DNA of 64,000 nucleotides from Podarcis muralis (Eukaryota): NCBI RefSeq assembly GCF_964188315.1, contig NC_135667.1, positions 13,702,001 to 13,766,000 of the forward strand, read 5' to 3'. Shown piece by piece: positions 49,708 to 61,279 of this stretch (position 1 is its first letter; each line of letters starts with the position of its first letter). The notes under the pieces were generated by a model. It saw only the letters and a program-made list of their open reading frames with translations, ran no database searches and was not told where the DNA came from. The position numbers and the translations under genes were made by a program.

Positions 49708-52082
49708 ATGAATAATCAATGGTTTAAAAATGTGTTCCGTGCACTTTTCACACTTGTGTACAAAATGATTTTCAACATATATTTCCCAGAAGACACAAAT
49801 AACTTCTTCCTTTTCCAGAAGCTTTTTCCAGAGTGTATTGAGGAAGTGGGGAGCTCTGTGTACAAATTCATGCTGGTGTGCAGTCAGAGACCCTCACTTT
49901 TTTTACATCATAGTTGTTAGTTGGCTCCAATTTTGAGGGTTGGCTTAGTTCAGAGATGGGTCCAGGGGCCTGATCCAGCACTGCAAGCACATTTTTATGT
50001 CCCCTTCCCAACCAAACCCAAAATCCCCCTAATTCGGCAGCAGCAAAACCAATCTAAAGATCAGACACAGTGTTCAGGTGCTCAGAGAGATTTATGCATG
50101 TGTCCTGTGTTCACAGGCATGAGAGTGTGAGGTGACCACAGCCACTTTGGGTCACTCACCAATGACATGCTGGTCCTGGAGAGCTTCCTAAGGGTGAATG
50201 TGCCCTTATAGCTAAAAAGCAATAGCTCTGTTAGCCCTGCCCCCTCCCTGTCCTAGAGGTGCTAGGAAGGAACATTCTCTTTACTCTGGTTGCCAATTGA
50301 TTACTAGCCCCTATTCAAATGCTGGTTTCGACTTACATGGTTCAGAATCTCAGTACCTCAAGGACCTCCCCTTCCCATATGAACCTACCTGAGCTCTGCA
50401 ATGATCACTGGAAGCCCTTCTCTGTGCCCCCCCTCCAACGGAGGTGCCAAGGGGGGGCAGCAAGAGAAGTGGCCTTGCTAGTGGTAGCCCCTAGTTGTGT
50501 AGCGCTCTCCCTCATTAGGCTTGCCCGCCAGTGATGTCATTTGCTTTTGAATGCCAGGCACATACATTTTTCTCCTGGCTTCTGATTCTTTGAATCAATG
50601 CAATTTTTATCTATTCCATTTATTTTATTTATTTTAAGAAATTATATCCCACTTTTCACATCATAGGTCTCAAGTGGTCTGTAACAATAAAATGTACCAT
50701 ATACACAATTTAAAACATCACTTAAACTTCCAAAATTTAAAACCTCAAGAATTTAAAACCTCTCTCTCAGAAAAGGAAAAACAATCACCAGCTGTGACCA
50801 TTTTAACCTTCTGAGAAGCATTCAGGAAGCAAATGCCCTCTGAAATAAAGCAGCTAGATTGGGGTGGGAAGAGACCCAAGAACACAGGAACTATTCCTCA
50901 CTGTAAGGTTTACAATGCAAGATAAATGAAGTTTCAACTCTACAATTCAAGGATTCTATGGTTCCTTTTATTAATCCAACAATGTGCCTACTAAAACAGA
51001 CCATGTATTTCAGCAACTGAGTTTGAATTATATAATTACATTCTTAGTTACTCATGCACACTTAAGGACACACACTGGGCTGGCCATGGACCCCCCCTAA
51101 GCTCTAGATATTAAAAATGGTAGGATTTTGACTTATTGGGATAGGACAGGATAAATACAAGCAGCAGAGGAATAAGCCTATGGAAAATGACCTGGCCAAG
51201 CTTGAACCATTAAGAAACAATACAGGGCTAGTAAGGTCCTTGGGAAGGCAAGAGAACTCTACTTCGCCCGCTGCCCTGAGCTGTGACAGAGACAGGGGAT
51301 TTGGAAGGTTGCTGGGGTCACTAGGTGTGATGCTGTAGGAAGAGTTTTTTTTTGGGGGGGGGGCTTTGGCACAAGACCTCAAGTAGCAGCAGGAGATGAG
51401 GCACCACAATTTGTGCTGGCTGGCTGAAGTTATTTTGTGAGAGTTGCCTTGGATTCCAGTGCTGAACTAATGTACAAAACAAGCTCCTATTGGAGCTTGT
51501 TAGGGGCTTGTTAGATGGATTCCCTCCAACTAAATTCCTCTGTAAATATGTGAATAAATCATGTTTCGTAAAGCTTTGGCAGCATCCGCCCTGTCTTCAA
51601 ATCTTAAAATGAGGTTGAGGACCAAGCAGATCCCATCAGCCAAGGTCACCCAGAGTCCATGGGTTTAGGCGATAGGGAAGTTGCTTGCCTTTGTTTAGCC
51701 CCAACAGAAGGCAAAGGGGGGAGGGTTCTGGCCACCAAGGTGGGGTGGGGGTGGGTCAAGGAATTGTTCATAAAGTGCCCCCAGCTAAAGCCCGGTGGCA
51801 AGATTTGGATTTGGAATATGCGGCAAGAGATGGAGTAGGCTGGACCACCAAGAGGAAGCAGCAGGAATCCTGAACTTCTGTTTTGACGTGGCCACATAAA
51901 CTCTTTTGGGACTTGGGGATATGAGTTTGGCGACTCCGACCATAATCCTAGGAGAGCCCTAGGAAGACTGAATGTGTGAATTAACCAGAGTGCACTGGGA
52001 AGAGTGGAAGGGATGTTTAATTTACTTAAGAGGAAGATTTCTGTGGAAACTCCAGGCAAACTACTGCAGCAAAGGGAATCTT

Positions 52083-52960
52083 TGTAGGCCCAGGCAAAGA
52101 CCTCCTCCCCTCTTGGTGACAGAACGAGACCAAGGACTCACACATCACGACGTCTACTGGGATTTAAAATGGCCACAACTTTTATTATCAATTTCAGATG
52201 TAGGATACCTTGGCTTAGCATTGGGGGTATATCCCTCTCAGCCCTGCAGCCCGGGGGAACTGAGGCACAGCTGGGTTCATCAGATCAGAGGGGGCACTGC
52301 AAAATGCATGTTTACACAACAAGCCCCCCCCCCCTGCGCATGTTTGGGGCGTTCACTGTGCCAGTCACTCCCTTCACAAACCTCCTTTAATGGGGAACCC
52401 TGAAAACGCTGTCGCAAGGGGGGGGGGGAGTCACCACTTCACGCTCCCCTATAAGATAGACTAAAGGATTCCGCCTAAGGTCTAAAACCACCAATGTTGT
52501 GACAATTGCTATGGGGAAGATGAAACCTGCCATGCGGGGGAAATTCCTTTCCGGTCCTTTAACAGCAACCATCACAGGACCGTAGTAACGCCTGCGAACC
52601 TGAAATGGAGAAAGGTTAACCTATAATAAAGCTGGTGATCAAAGAGAGGGTCAGGTGGGTGAAGCTCCAGAGCCAACTGCGCACTCAGAGCAGGCTCCGC
52701 GCCATATTCCAACCCCTGGAGTGGAGCAGAGTGAAGCCTGCTCACCTGCGGTCTGCTCACCTGGCACCGCCCCCAACAGCGCTGCGGATAGGTGTGTTTG
52801 ATCAGGGGGGTTGGCGGAACCCCCAACGCTCCACGGCACTGGGAAGGAGGGCCACATCCTGCAAATCCCAGTGAGGATCGGGGTTTGCTGCACGCCGGGG
52901 GCCTCAAATAGCACCCAGCGAGTGCTTATTCGGACTCTAGGGACTGTGGAGTGATTTACA
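52083..52960. mobile_element. LTR-like sequence found only in the tail of unit A
   Basis: TGTA...TACA ends, an internal TGT start at 52410 and an aataaagct signal; absent from the matching tail of unit B; no TSD. Confidence 0.35.
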
Positions 52961-53303
52961 TAAAGGCTTATATAAGAATAGCTTATACAATCTTTCTGTG
53001 TGTCCAAAAGTTGTTTGAGATACATAACAGTCTGGCACATGTACCAGAGATGACAGCTGGAGAAGGGGGAATATTATGGAATGATTCATTTTCCACAACC
53101 CTAGAAAATTGTATATATTCCAAGTTCTGCTGATGCAATATTTTTGTTCCTGGCAAACTCTGCACTCAGGGGAGTGGGGGGGGGCATTTCCTGTGGTTGT
53201 TATTTCTGTACATTGTCTGAAAAAAATCAATAAATTGTGTATTTGGTTCCAATGTAGGTGGAGCAGTGTGTAGTTTCTCCTTAATCCGTAGCCTCTTCTA
53301 TCC

Positions 53304-53402
53304 TATTTAAACAGCAAGTATTCACACATTTCCTTCATTCTCCACCAAGAGAAGCAGCTGCCACCTACTACAAAACTTTCTGTCTGAATACCACGAATAC
53401 CG
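53304..53402 (+). promoter_or_regulatory. Core promoter and non-coding exon 1 of pore-forming-like gene B
   Basis: TATTTAAA at 53304-53311; Inr TCATTCT with +1 at 53337; donor GTAAGT at 53403; branch-like CTAAC and acceptor AG at 56401-56402. Confidence 0.7.
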
Positions 53403-54689
53403 GTAAGTCTTGGAGGGTTACTGGGAAGGAGCGAAGAGAAACTACTTTACAATTTGGGGCAGAAGGGAGGGAGTGCTTTTGTGGACCTGCAGTCTAACTA
53501 CCTCTTTATAATTATAAAGGATATAATCATAAACTCTAAGGTGTTTATTTCAGCAATAACAGTACAAGCTAAATGAAGTTCCTTTTAATAATCCAACAAT
53601 CAGACTACTAAAACAGACCATGTATTCCAGCAACAGACCTTGAATCTAAAAATGACATTAATGCATATTCAAGCAGAATCTCTCTCTGCACAGGTGAAGC
53701 AAAATCCCAGGGAGTTCCAGGGGCTGCTTCTTTGTGGACCTGTAATCTAACTACTTCTTTATAATTATTGGGAGCCAATGATATTCCCTGTGTGATATTG
53801 AAGTGACATGGAGCCTTCTGCAGTGATGGAGGAGGGGGCGAGCCCCCTCTGGGTGCCACCTCTGAGGAGGCGTGACAAGAAGGCACCCTATGGGGGGCTC
53901 ACCCTGCCACTCCCAGGCGCGCACCGCCATCGTGCTGCCACTGACACGTGCGGACGATCCTCTGCTCGTGGCTACACCCTTCTCCGCCGTCCGTACAGCA
54001 CTCGAGCGGTGCCACTGGCAAACCAACCAGTGGCGGATGCGCAGCACCGCTCTAGTGCCATATGGCACACCCTAACCCTCCACCACTGCTGCAGCCACGA
54101 GCGAAGGTTCCCTCTGATGCCTCTGCAGCTGCGAGCAGAGGATCCCACCGCCATACATACAATGCGAACACATGCGTGGTATGTAGCAGTGCACACATGG
54201 TACGTAGTGGCACACGCACATGCGCCAGCAGGCTGTTTGCCCCGCCCCCTGCCCTGTTCTCCTTCCTTCGCCACTGACTTCCCAAAGGCTTTAGGGATGG
54301 GTATCTCTGGTCCCTCCAGCAACCAGAACTCAGTCTCCTCTAAATGTCATGAAACACCTTGCAGGATGAGATCATGATGTGATCCAGAGGCAGAATTCCC
54401 ATTCCTACCAGATTCTGAACTCATATGCAACATCTTGGGTTTGGAAGGGGCCCATGGGTATCTTTGAGAACGCAGATGGGACTGGAAGGGGCCTCTGGGT
54501 AGGGGAAGGATTCAGCAACAGAGAAGCTGGAGCTCCCTGGAACATTTCTTTTGTAAATAGCTTATCAAGTTTATCTTATATTAGGAACATCCATCCCGAC
54601 CTCCAGATCTCTTTCAGAATACAATCCTATACAAACTGAGTGTTTCTGAATAGCAATGAGTAGGGCTGCATGAGTCACCAGGAGACAAT

Positions 54690-54960
54690 GGCTATCTCAA
54701 TGCTTTGTGATAATTTATTTCATAAGGGAGTTTTTCATTGTGTGGAAATGTATGTTCTTTTGCCTATCACTGACTCTGCTGTCAGGCTGTTTTAATAGGA
54801 CCTCTTGAGCTCTAGAGTTATGGCAGCAGAAGAGGGAGAGAGGAATAGTGTCACGCATAATCTTATAAACTTCTGTTATGCCCCTATTTTTATATTCCTG
54901 AATCAAAAACACCCTAATGGTGGAGTTTAGTTGCTGATCAGACTACCAGCCCTTCTTGTG
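54690..54960 (-). mobile_element. CR1 RT C-terminal fragment in the gene B intron (truncated counterpart at about 46700-46860)
   Basis: RGITEVYKIMRD..LSLF..HNSRA..LLK..RVSDRQKN resembles decayed CR1 ORF2. Confidence 0.65.
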
Positions 54961-56413
54961 CAGAGTGAGGAAGAGACCCAAGAACACAGGATCTATACCT
55001 CACTCTAAGGTTCTTATTTAAGCAATAACAGTACAAGTTAAATGAAGTTCCTTTTAATAATACAACAACCATTCTACTAAAACAAACCACATATTCCAGC
55101 AGCTGAGTTTGAATTTAAAAATGACATTCATGCATATTCATTTCCTCTGCCGAGCTGTAGCAAGATCCCAAGGTGTTCCAGGGACTCACCCAGTGCTCCT
55201 TTGGAAAATTGAAGACATGGTAGAGATTGTCGTAGCTTTAAGAAATATGATTTATACACATATTTAAACCTTCAGTCTGCATGGAGGGGGTGCAGATCTT
55301 ACAACATGGCAATCCCAAGCAGGGAGGCTCAGCTAGTCTTAACAATCTGCACCTCCTGGACACGTTGGTGTTAGAAGGAACAAATCAGACACCACAAGAA
55401 AATACGAGGGGGAATAACGAATTGGGGAATCTCTTCTCTTCCCCCACAGCCCCCATAGATGTGTCCTTCCATCCTCTCCTAGCTCTGAACCTCAACAGTC
55501 TGGCACTATAGCGCTATTGCTGTAGAGCATTAACTATCGAGGTTGAGGGTAGGCAAGTAAGTTTATCTGCCCCTTCCAGTGCTGTATGGGTGAAAGGATG
55601 GTGTCAGTTTATGCACACAATGAGAGAAGCAGCTTCAGATCTGAATTTTGCTCCTCTTTCCAAGATATTCTGAGCTGTTAGGCAGTCTCTTCCCATCACA
55701 GCTGAGATATGAAATTAATTAGAACAGCAGTTACCAGCATGGCACTCATGAGTGCCTGGGTGCCCTCGTATGGTGCTCACAAAAGGTCTCGGTAAATATC
55801 CCCTCAAAATCCACTGGCTCAGCCTCTCCATTTAATGGGGCTTCAGTATTGAAGGCCCACTCTTTAATATGTTCTGAACAAGGGAGAGGTGCAAAGAGCT
55901 TCTCTTTGTGAACAAGCACAGCAGTGATGGTTGTCGGTGTTTTAGCCACACTGAGCCTTCAAACAAGCATTGATTTTCTGCAAAATCTGGATCTTTCATT
56001 TCCCAAACAGCCATTCCCTAAAATCACAAAGCAAACTGCTTTTAAAACTGATCAGCCAGTCAAACACAATTTATATTCCTAGGAAGGGGTGGGTAGGTCT
56101 CTTATCAAATGGAGAGATAAATAGATAGAGAAATATGTCTTGACAAGCAGTAGATGTTTGGTTTGTCTTTGAAAGCAGCTCACAATTAATTAGTAATCAT
56201 TTACCTTTGGCATCATATTTGGCACTGGCAGGTATATTGTGTTAAAGCACTGAGACTGTTTTCCAAGAGGTCAGCAAATTCTGTTAATTCTTTCATTATC
56301 AAAAATAATATACATTAATAATAAAGTAATTACAAAGAGTAAATAAATAGTCAATTTGTGAAATCTTCTGATCTAACTGAATACATTGCTTTCTTTTCCT
56401 AGAATCAAGCACC

Positions 56414-57445
56414 ATGTCAGAGATAGTCCCTAAGAACAAAGCCCCAGGGGTTGATTTCTGTGGGGTAGATGAATATTACTACATTGTCCGCTCAGACCTG
56501 GGCTGCTACATGAGGTCCACCAATTTCCATGAGGGCAAAGACCTAGTAGTGTTTAGCCTGCACAGTTCCTGCATGGGAGGAGATCACTACTTAGCCCATG
56601 AGGATGACCTGTTCTATATCATCAAAGGAGACAACTATCGCTGTGTCAGCAACATGAATAAAGACTTAGGTTCTGTAGTATACAGCCTCCATCCCAACTG
56701 CCGCGGCGGGGACCATTACCTCTCAGCCTTTGGATTCTTCTATATCATTTTCCAGAAAAGAGGTGTTTACCGTCAGGTCAGTAATATGCATGAAGATACA
56801 GATGCAGTTGAATACACACTTCACCCAGCTTGCAAGGATGGTCTCTATTACTGGGGCATCAAGGATTACTATTACTTCGTAAAACCCCATGATGAATGGG
56901 GGGTCCAGTACTATAGATGCACCAACTTCCACAAAAATGTGGATGCTGTTACATACTCCTTCCATAGAGATGTTGTTAACATGCTCCCTGGAGGAATGGC
57001 TATTAGCCGAGGCCCAGCTTATGGTAAGTGGGAAGCTATCAAGACCATCTCCAATGACTCCAACACTCCCATTGTATGGAATAAGAAGATCACCAAGAAA
57101 GTGGGATACAACAAGCAGAAGATGAGCAGTGTGGAGCACAACTGGAATGTTTCCATGACTGCCACATATCAGGCAGGTGCGCTCACTGAAGCCATTGCCA
57201 AGTACCAGTTCTCTCTCACTGCTGAGTATGGTGGGAAGAGTGTCAACACAGAGCAGCAAGACTGGAATGAAGCCACTGAGATCGAAGAAGCTATTAATTT
57301 GACCCTGCAGCCCAATGAGAAGATGTACATATGGCAATACCAGCTGGGTTTGGGCAAGGAAACAGTTTTGTTCTGCCGCGATATGAAATTTTCAAGTGAT
57401 TCTACTCCACCTACAGATATTCCTTTGCCACCTTCCAATAAGTGA
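56414..57445 (+). CDS. Unnamed 343-aa protein B, paralogue of A
   Basis: Intact ORF with no indels; 325 of 343 residues identical to A. Confidence 0.9.
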   Translation: MSEIVPKNKAPGVDFCGVDEYYYIVRSDLGCYMRSTNFHEGKDLVVFSLHSSCMGGDHYLAHEDDLFYIIKGDNYRCVSNMNKDLGSVVYSLHPNCRGGDHYLSAFGFFYIIFQKRGVYRQVSNMHEDTDAVEYTLHPACKDGLYYWGIKDYYYFVKPHDEWGVQYYRCTNFHKNVDAVTYSFHRDVVNMLPGGMAISRGPAYGKWEAIKTISNDSNTPIVWNKKITKKVGYNKQKMSSVEHNWNVSMTATYQAGALTEAIAKYQFSLTAEYGGKSVNTEQQDWNEATEIEEAINLTLQPNEKMYIWQYQLGLGKETVLFCRDMKFSSDSTPPTDIPLPPSNK

Positions 57446-57514
57446 AAAGAAAAGTGTTAGGCCAAAAGGCACCTTCAAAGGCTTCCTCTCTATTATAACA
57501 TTTAATTGATTACT

Positions 57515-57896
57515 TGTGATGGCTTGGGAATACTCCTCGCAAGAAATGCTTCTGCTCACTCAGAGATACATAGATACAGCCTTTATTTTACATATCTACA
57601 AGCAGCACACATAATTACACGTCCGAATCCTGTGAGTCAGATTCCCGGAGTGATTTACGTCTGCCCCTTTTCCAGCAGAAGAGGCGCGGCATTCTCAATT
57701 GATGTCTCTGCCCTCTCCGCTTTAACCCTCTCCGTTCCTGAGCAGATGGAACTGGCACAGCATCGCTATCTGTGCCAGAACTTCCTGTGCGGGGTTGAGG
57801 CTCTGCTCCAGCATCTGAGAGCCTTTCCTCCTCCTGGCTTTCCCCCCTTCGTCTGCTCTTCTCTCCTCTCCTTCGTTCTCCGTCAATACCATGACA
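57515..57896 (-). mobile_element. Gypsy-type solo LTR (382 bp) in the 3' UTR of gene B
   Basis: TG...CA ends (tgtgatgg / ccatgaca); 5-bp TSD TTACT; minus-strand AATAAA at 57582-57587; empty site in unit A. Confidence 0.88.
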
Positions 57897-58222
57897 TTAC
57901 TGTGGGCTAATATTTAGACAATGTAGAGCTCTTATAATGGGGAGTTAGCTGAGTAGTATATAGACATGCATAAGCTAAACACGTAGTGAGATTAATAATT
58001 ACTAGACATATTATATACTCTCATATGGACATACACATCCTGCTAGGCTACAGTTAGAAAAGCATATCATAGTTTGTGCACGATGCAGGTGACCTAAGCT
58101 GAATGCCTTCTAGATAAGTTACTATATCCTGGTGCCTATAAATCCCTTGCTAAATTTGTTCCTTCATTTTGCTTTGTACCTGCTGAACTGTGCAACATGT
58201 CCCACTGTTGTTATACAAATCA

Positions 58223-58228
58223 AATAAA
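58223..58228 (+). terminator. Candidate polyadenylation signal of gene B
   Basis: AATAAA homologous to 49702. Confidence 0.5.
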
Positions 58229-58421
58229 ATGAATAATGGTTTAAAAATGTGTTCCGTGCGCTTTTCACACTTGTGTACAAAATGATTTTCAACATATATT
58301 TGCCAGAAGACACAAATACCTTCTTCTTTTACAGAAGCTTTTTCCAGAGTGTATTGAGGAAGTGGTGAGCTCCTGTGTACAATTTCATGCTGGTGTGCCA
58401 TCAGAAACCCTCACTTTTTTA

Positions 58422-58874
58422 CAGGGGCACCGACTTATAAAAAATATTGGGGGGGCCCATACCGACTTATAAAAAATATTGGGGGGCCCAAGACCTCCAA
58501 ACCGCTGCTGCTGGGGGAACGAAAGGGGCGAGCCCCGGGCTGCCCCGACCTTAAGTGAACCTGTGAGGGCCCGCCCTTTGTGGCAGCCGATTGGCTGCCG
58601 CCGTGGGCGGTGAATATTAATGAGCTAGGGGGAATCCCCGCTTCTCGCGGGGCTGACGCCAGCCCCGCAAGATTGTTGATGGGTCGAGACCCCGCAACCC
58701 CACCCCCTCTCTAGATCGGGAGTGGCTTTGTTTTAACTCATTACTGAATGTATTTTAAAAGGTAAGCATAATATAATTAATAATTTTGTTAAATTATTGG
58801 GGGGGCAGAGCCCCCCCAAACGAATTTTTGAGGGGGCTTGGGCCCCCTCAGGCCCCATGGAGTCGGCGCCTATG
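58422..58874. mobile_element. hAT-type non-autonomous element (453 bp)
   Basis: Imperfect TIRs caggggcaccgact / agtcggcgcctatg; 8-bp TSD ctttttta; a roughly 32-bp duplication inside the left end; empty site in unit A near 49897. Confidence 0.85.
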
Positions 58875-59279
58875 CTTTTTTACATCATAGTTTTTAGCTG
58901 TCTCCAATTTTGAGGGTTGGCTTAGTTCAGAGAAGGGTCCAGGGGCCTGATCCAGCACCACAAGCACATTTTTATTTCCACTTCCCAACCAAACCCACAA
59001 TCCCACTAATTTGGCAGCAGCAAAACCAATCTAAAGATCAGACACAGTGTTCAGGTGGTCAGAGATATTTATGCATGTGTCCTGTGTTCACAGGCATGAG
59101 AGTGTGAACTTTGGGTCACTCACCAATGACATGCTGGTCCTGGAGAGCTTCCTAAGGGTGAATGTGCCATTATAGCTAAAAAGCAATAGCTCTGTTAGCC
59201 CTGCCCCCTCCCTGTCCTAGAGGTACTAGGAAGGAACATTCTCTTTACTCTGGTTGCCAATTGATTACTAGCTCCTATC

Positions 59280-60300
59280 CAGTGGCGTAGCGTGGGGGGT
59301 GCCAAGAGTGCCGGCTGCACCGGGCGCAACATCTGGGGGGGCGCGAGTCCAGAGGGAAGGAACAAGTTCCTTCCTCCGACGGGCTCCCCGCCGCCACCTC
59401 CAGCCTTGCGCCCTAGCGCGCGCACGCCCCCCGCCGCCGCTGCTGCGGCTGTGCTCCACTCACTGCTCGCAGGAGGAGCAGCCGCTGCAGCAGCGCCGAC
59501 GCCGCCACCGACGCCTGGCCGGGCACGGGCAGCCTCCGCACCCCGACGCGCCGCCAGCCCCAGGCGGCGGCTGCTTCTGCCGACTGGGAGGGAGGAGAGC
59601 TCCGAGGGGCCTCGCCGCGCCCTGCGCTCCCCAAAAACCTCCGAGAGGAAGCCGGTGGGCGGGCGAGGCCCGGCTACGCCTCTCGCCAGCGGGTTAAGGG
59701 GCTTTCGGTTTTAAAAGGATTAGCTTGGGAAGGGGCGGGGGGGCTGCTCGCTGGCAAGCGCCTGCTCTGCGTTTCCAAAGGCGCTCACCATCCGAGGGAC
59801 AGGGAGCGCTTGCAAGGAACGGGCTCCGTGGAGCAGGAGTTAGGAAGAGATCCCTTCCCTGGCAGGCCGCCGGCTTCGCCAGCTGTTTCCCATTCACGAT
59901 CAGGAGGAACTTCACGCTGCTTTCAGCTTTGGTAGAGGGAATCTAAGCAAGGGGATGGAGCCGGTGCCCTGAGGAAAGGCGGCAGCATTGGGTTTGTTTT
60001 TAGTTTAGAGAAAAGGCAAGCAAGAGGCGACAGGAGAGAAGCCTGCAAAACTAGGCATGGCAAGGAGAGAGTGGACAGAGAGGAAAGTTTTTATCCCTCT
60101 CTCCGTACAATATAACTCGTGGGCATCCAGTGAAGCTGAACGTTGGAACAGTGGCGTAGCGTGGGGGGTGCCAAGGGTGCCGGCCACACCAGGCGCAACA
60201 TGGGGGGCGCGCGCTCACACTCGGGTGCTAAAATCCACGGGTTCGGGGGCGCAAATTACTTGCCTTGCCCCGGGTGCTGACAACCCACGCTACGCCACTG
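59280..60300. mobile_element. Composite hAT-type element (1021 bp) with GC-rich cargo
   Basis: Perfect 17-bp TIRs cagtggcgtagcgtggg / cccacgctacgccactg; 8-bp TSD ctcctatc; a second left end at 60149. Confidence 0.9.
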
Positions 60301-61279
60301 CTCCTATCCAAATGCTGGTTTTGACTTACGTGGTTCAGAATCTCAGTACCTCAGTACCTCAAGGACCTCCCCTTCCCATATCAACCTACATGAACTGTGA
60401 TGCTGCAGGAAGAGTTGGGGGGGGGCTTTGGCACAAGACCTCAAGTAGCAGCAGGGGAGGAGGCACAACAATTTGTGCTGGCTGACTGAAGTTATTTTGT
60501 GAGAGTTGCCTTGGATTCCAGTGCTGAACTAATGTAGAAAACAAGTCCCTATTGGAGCTTGTTAGGGGCTTGTTAGATGGACTCCCTCCAACTAAATTCC
60601 TGTGTAAATATGTGAATAAATCATGTTTCATAAAGCTGTGGCAGCATCTGCCGTGTCTTCAATTCTTAAAAGGAGGTTTTGAAGTAGCCACAGAAATGCT
60701 TTAGGGACTGGGGGTATGAGCAGAGCGGTAGCCAGGTGATATTGCACCCCTGGCAGAACCATCCAGATTGCGCCCGTTAGCCACGGACAAATTAGCTCTT
60801 CTTTCCGCCTCTCCTCCAACCCCCGCCCCTCCACCCATTCAATTCACCCTTTATTTAAAACCATTTCTTATGAGGCAATAATTGATATTTATGGATATAT
60901 TTTCAGTCAATTTCGCGCCCCCTGTCACCTGTGCCCCTGGCGGGGCCCACCTCACCACCCCCTAGCTATGGCCCTGGGTATGAGTTTGGAGGCCCTCACC
61001 CTAACCCCAGGAGAGCCCTAAGAAAACCAAACTTGTGAATTAAGCAGAGTGGCCTGGGAACTGTTCTTCAATGGGACTGTTTGATTTATGTAAGACGAAG
61101 AATTCTGTGGAAATCCAGGCAAACTACTGCAGCAAAGGGAGTGTTTTCAGCTCTCAGGGCTGTGGCCTGATTCACAAAGAGGCTCTTCCTGCAAGATCAA
61201 CAAGGATTTTGGAATGCTGTGAAGCCATTTTTGTCTTTCCCTTTCTTGCATGCTGGTTTAAGGATTCCTTAAGAATTGC

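Larger units (their letters stand above)
45800..53050 (+). repeat. Segmental duplication unit A (promoter, gene and downstream flank)
   Basis: Collinear similarity with about 53070-61510; the CDS differs at about 30 of 1032 nt by hand count. Boundaries approximate. Confidence 0.9.

Noticed and set aside
52083-52960. Clean 878-bp solo LTR
   Set aside because: TG...CA ends but the flanks (atctt / taaag) are not a TSD; kept only as low-confidence LTR-like sequence
56723-57337. Antisense ORFs (138-204 aa) over the two 343-aa genes
   Set aside because: Antisense shadows; their lengths differ between paralogues because of a stop, with no independent signals
59292-59946. Several Ala/Arg/Pro-rich ORFs on both strands
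   Set aside because: Expected from extreme GC content inside the hAT cargo; no domain signal
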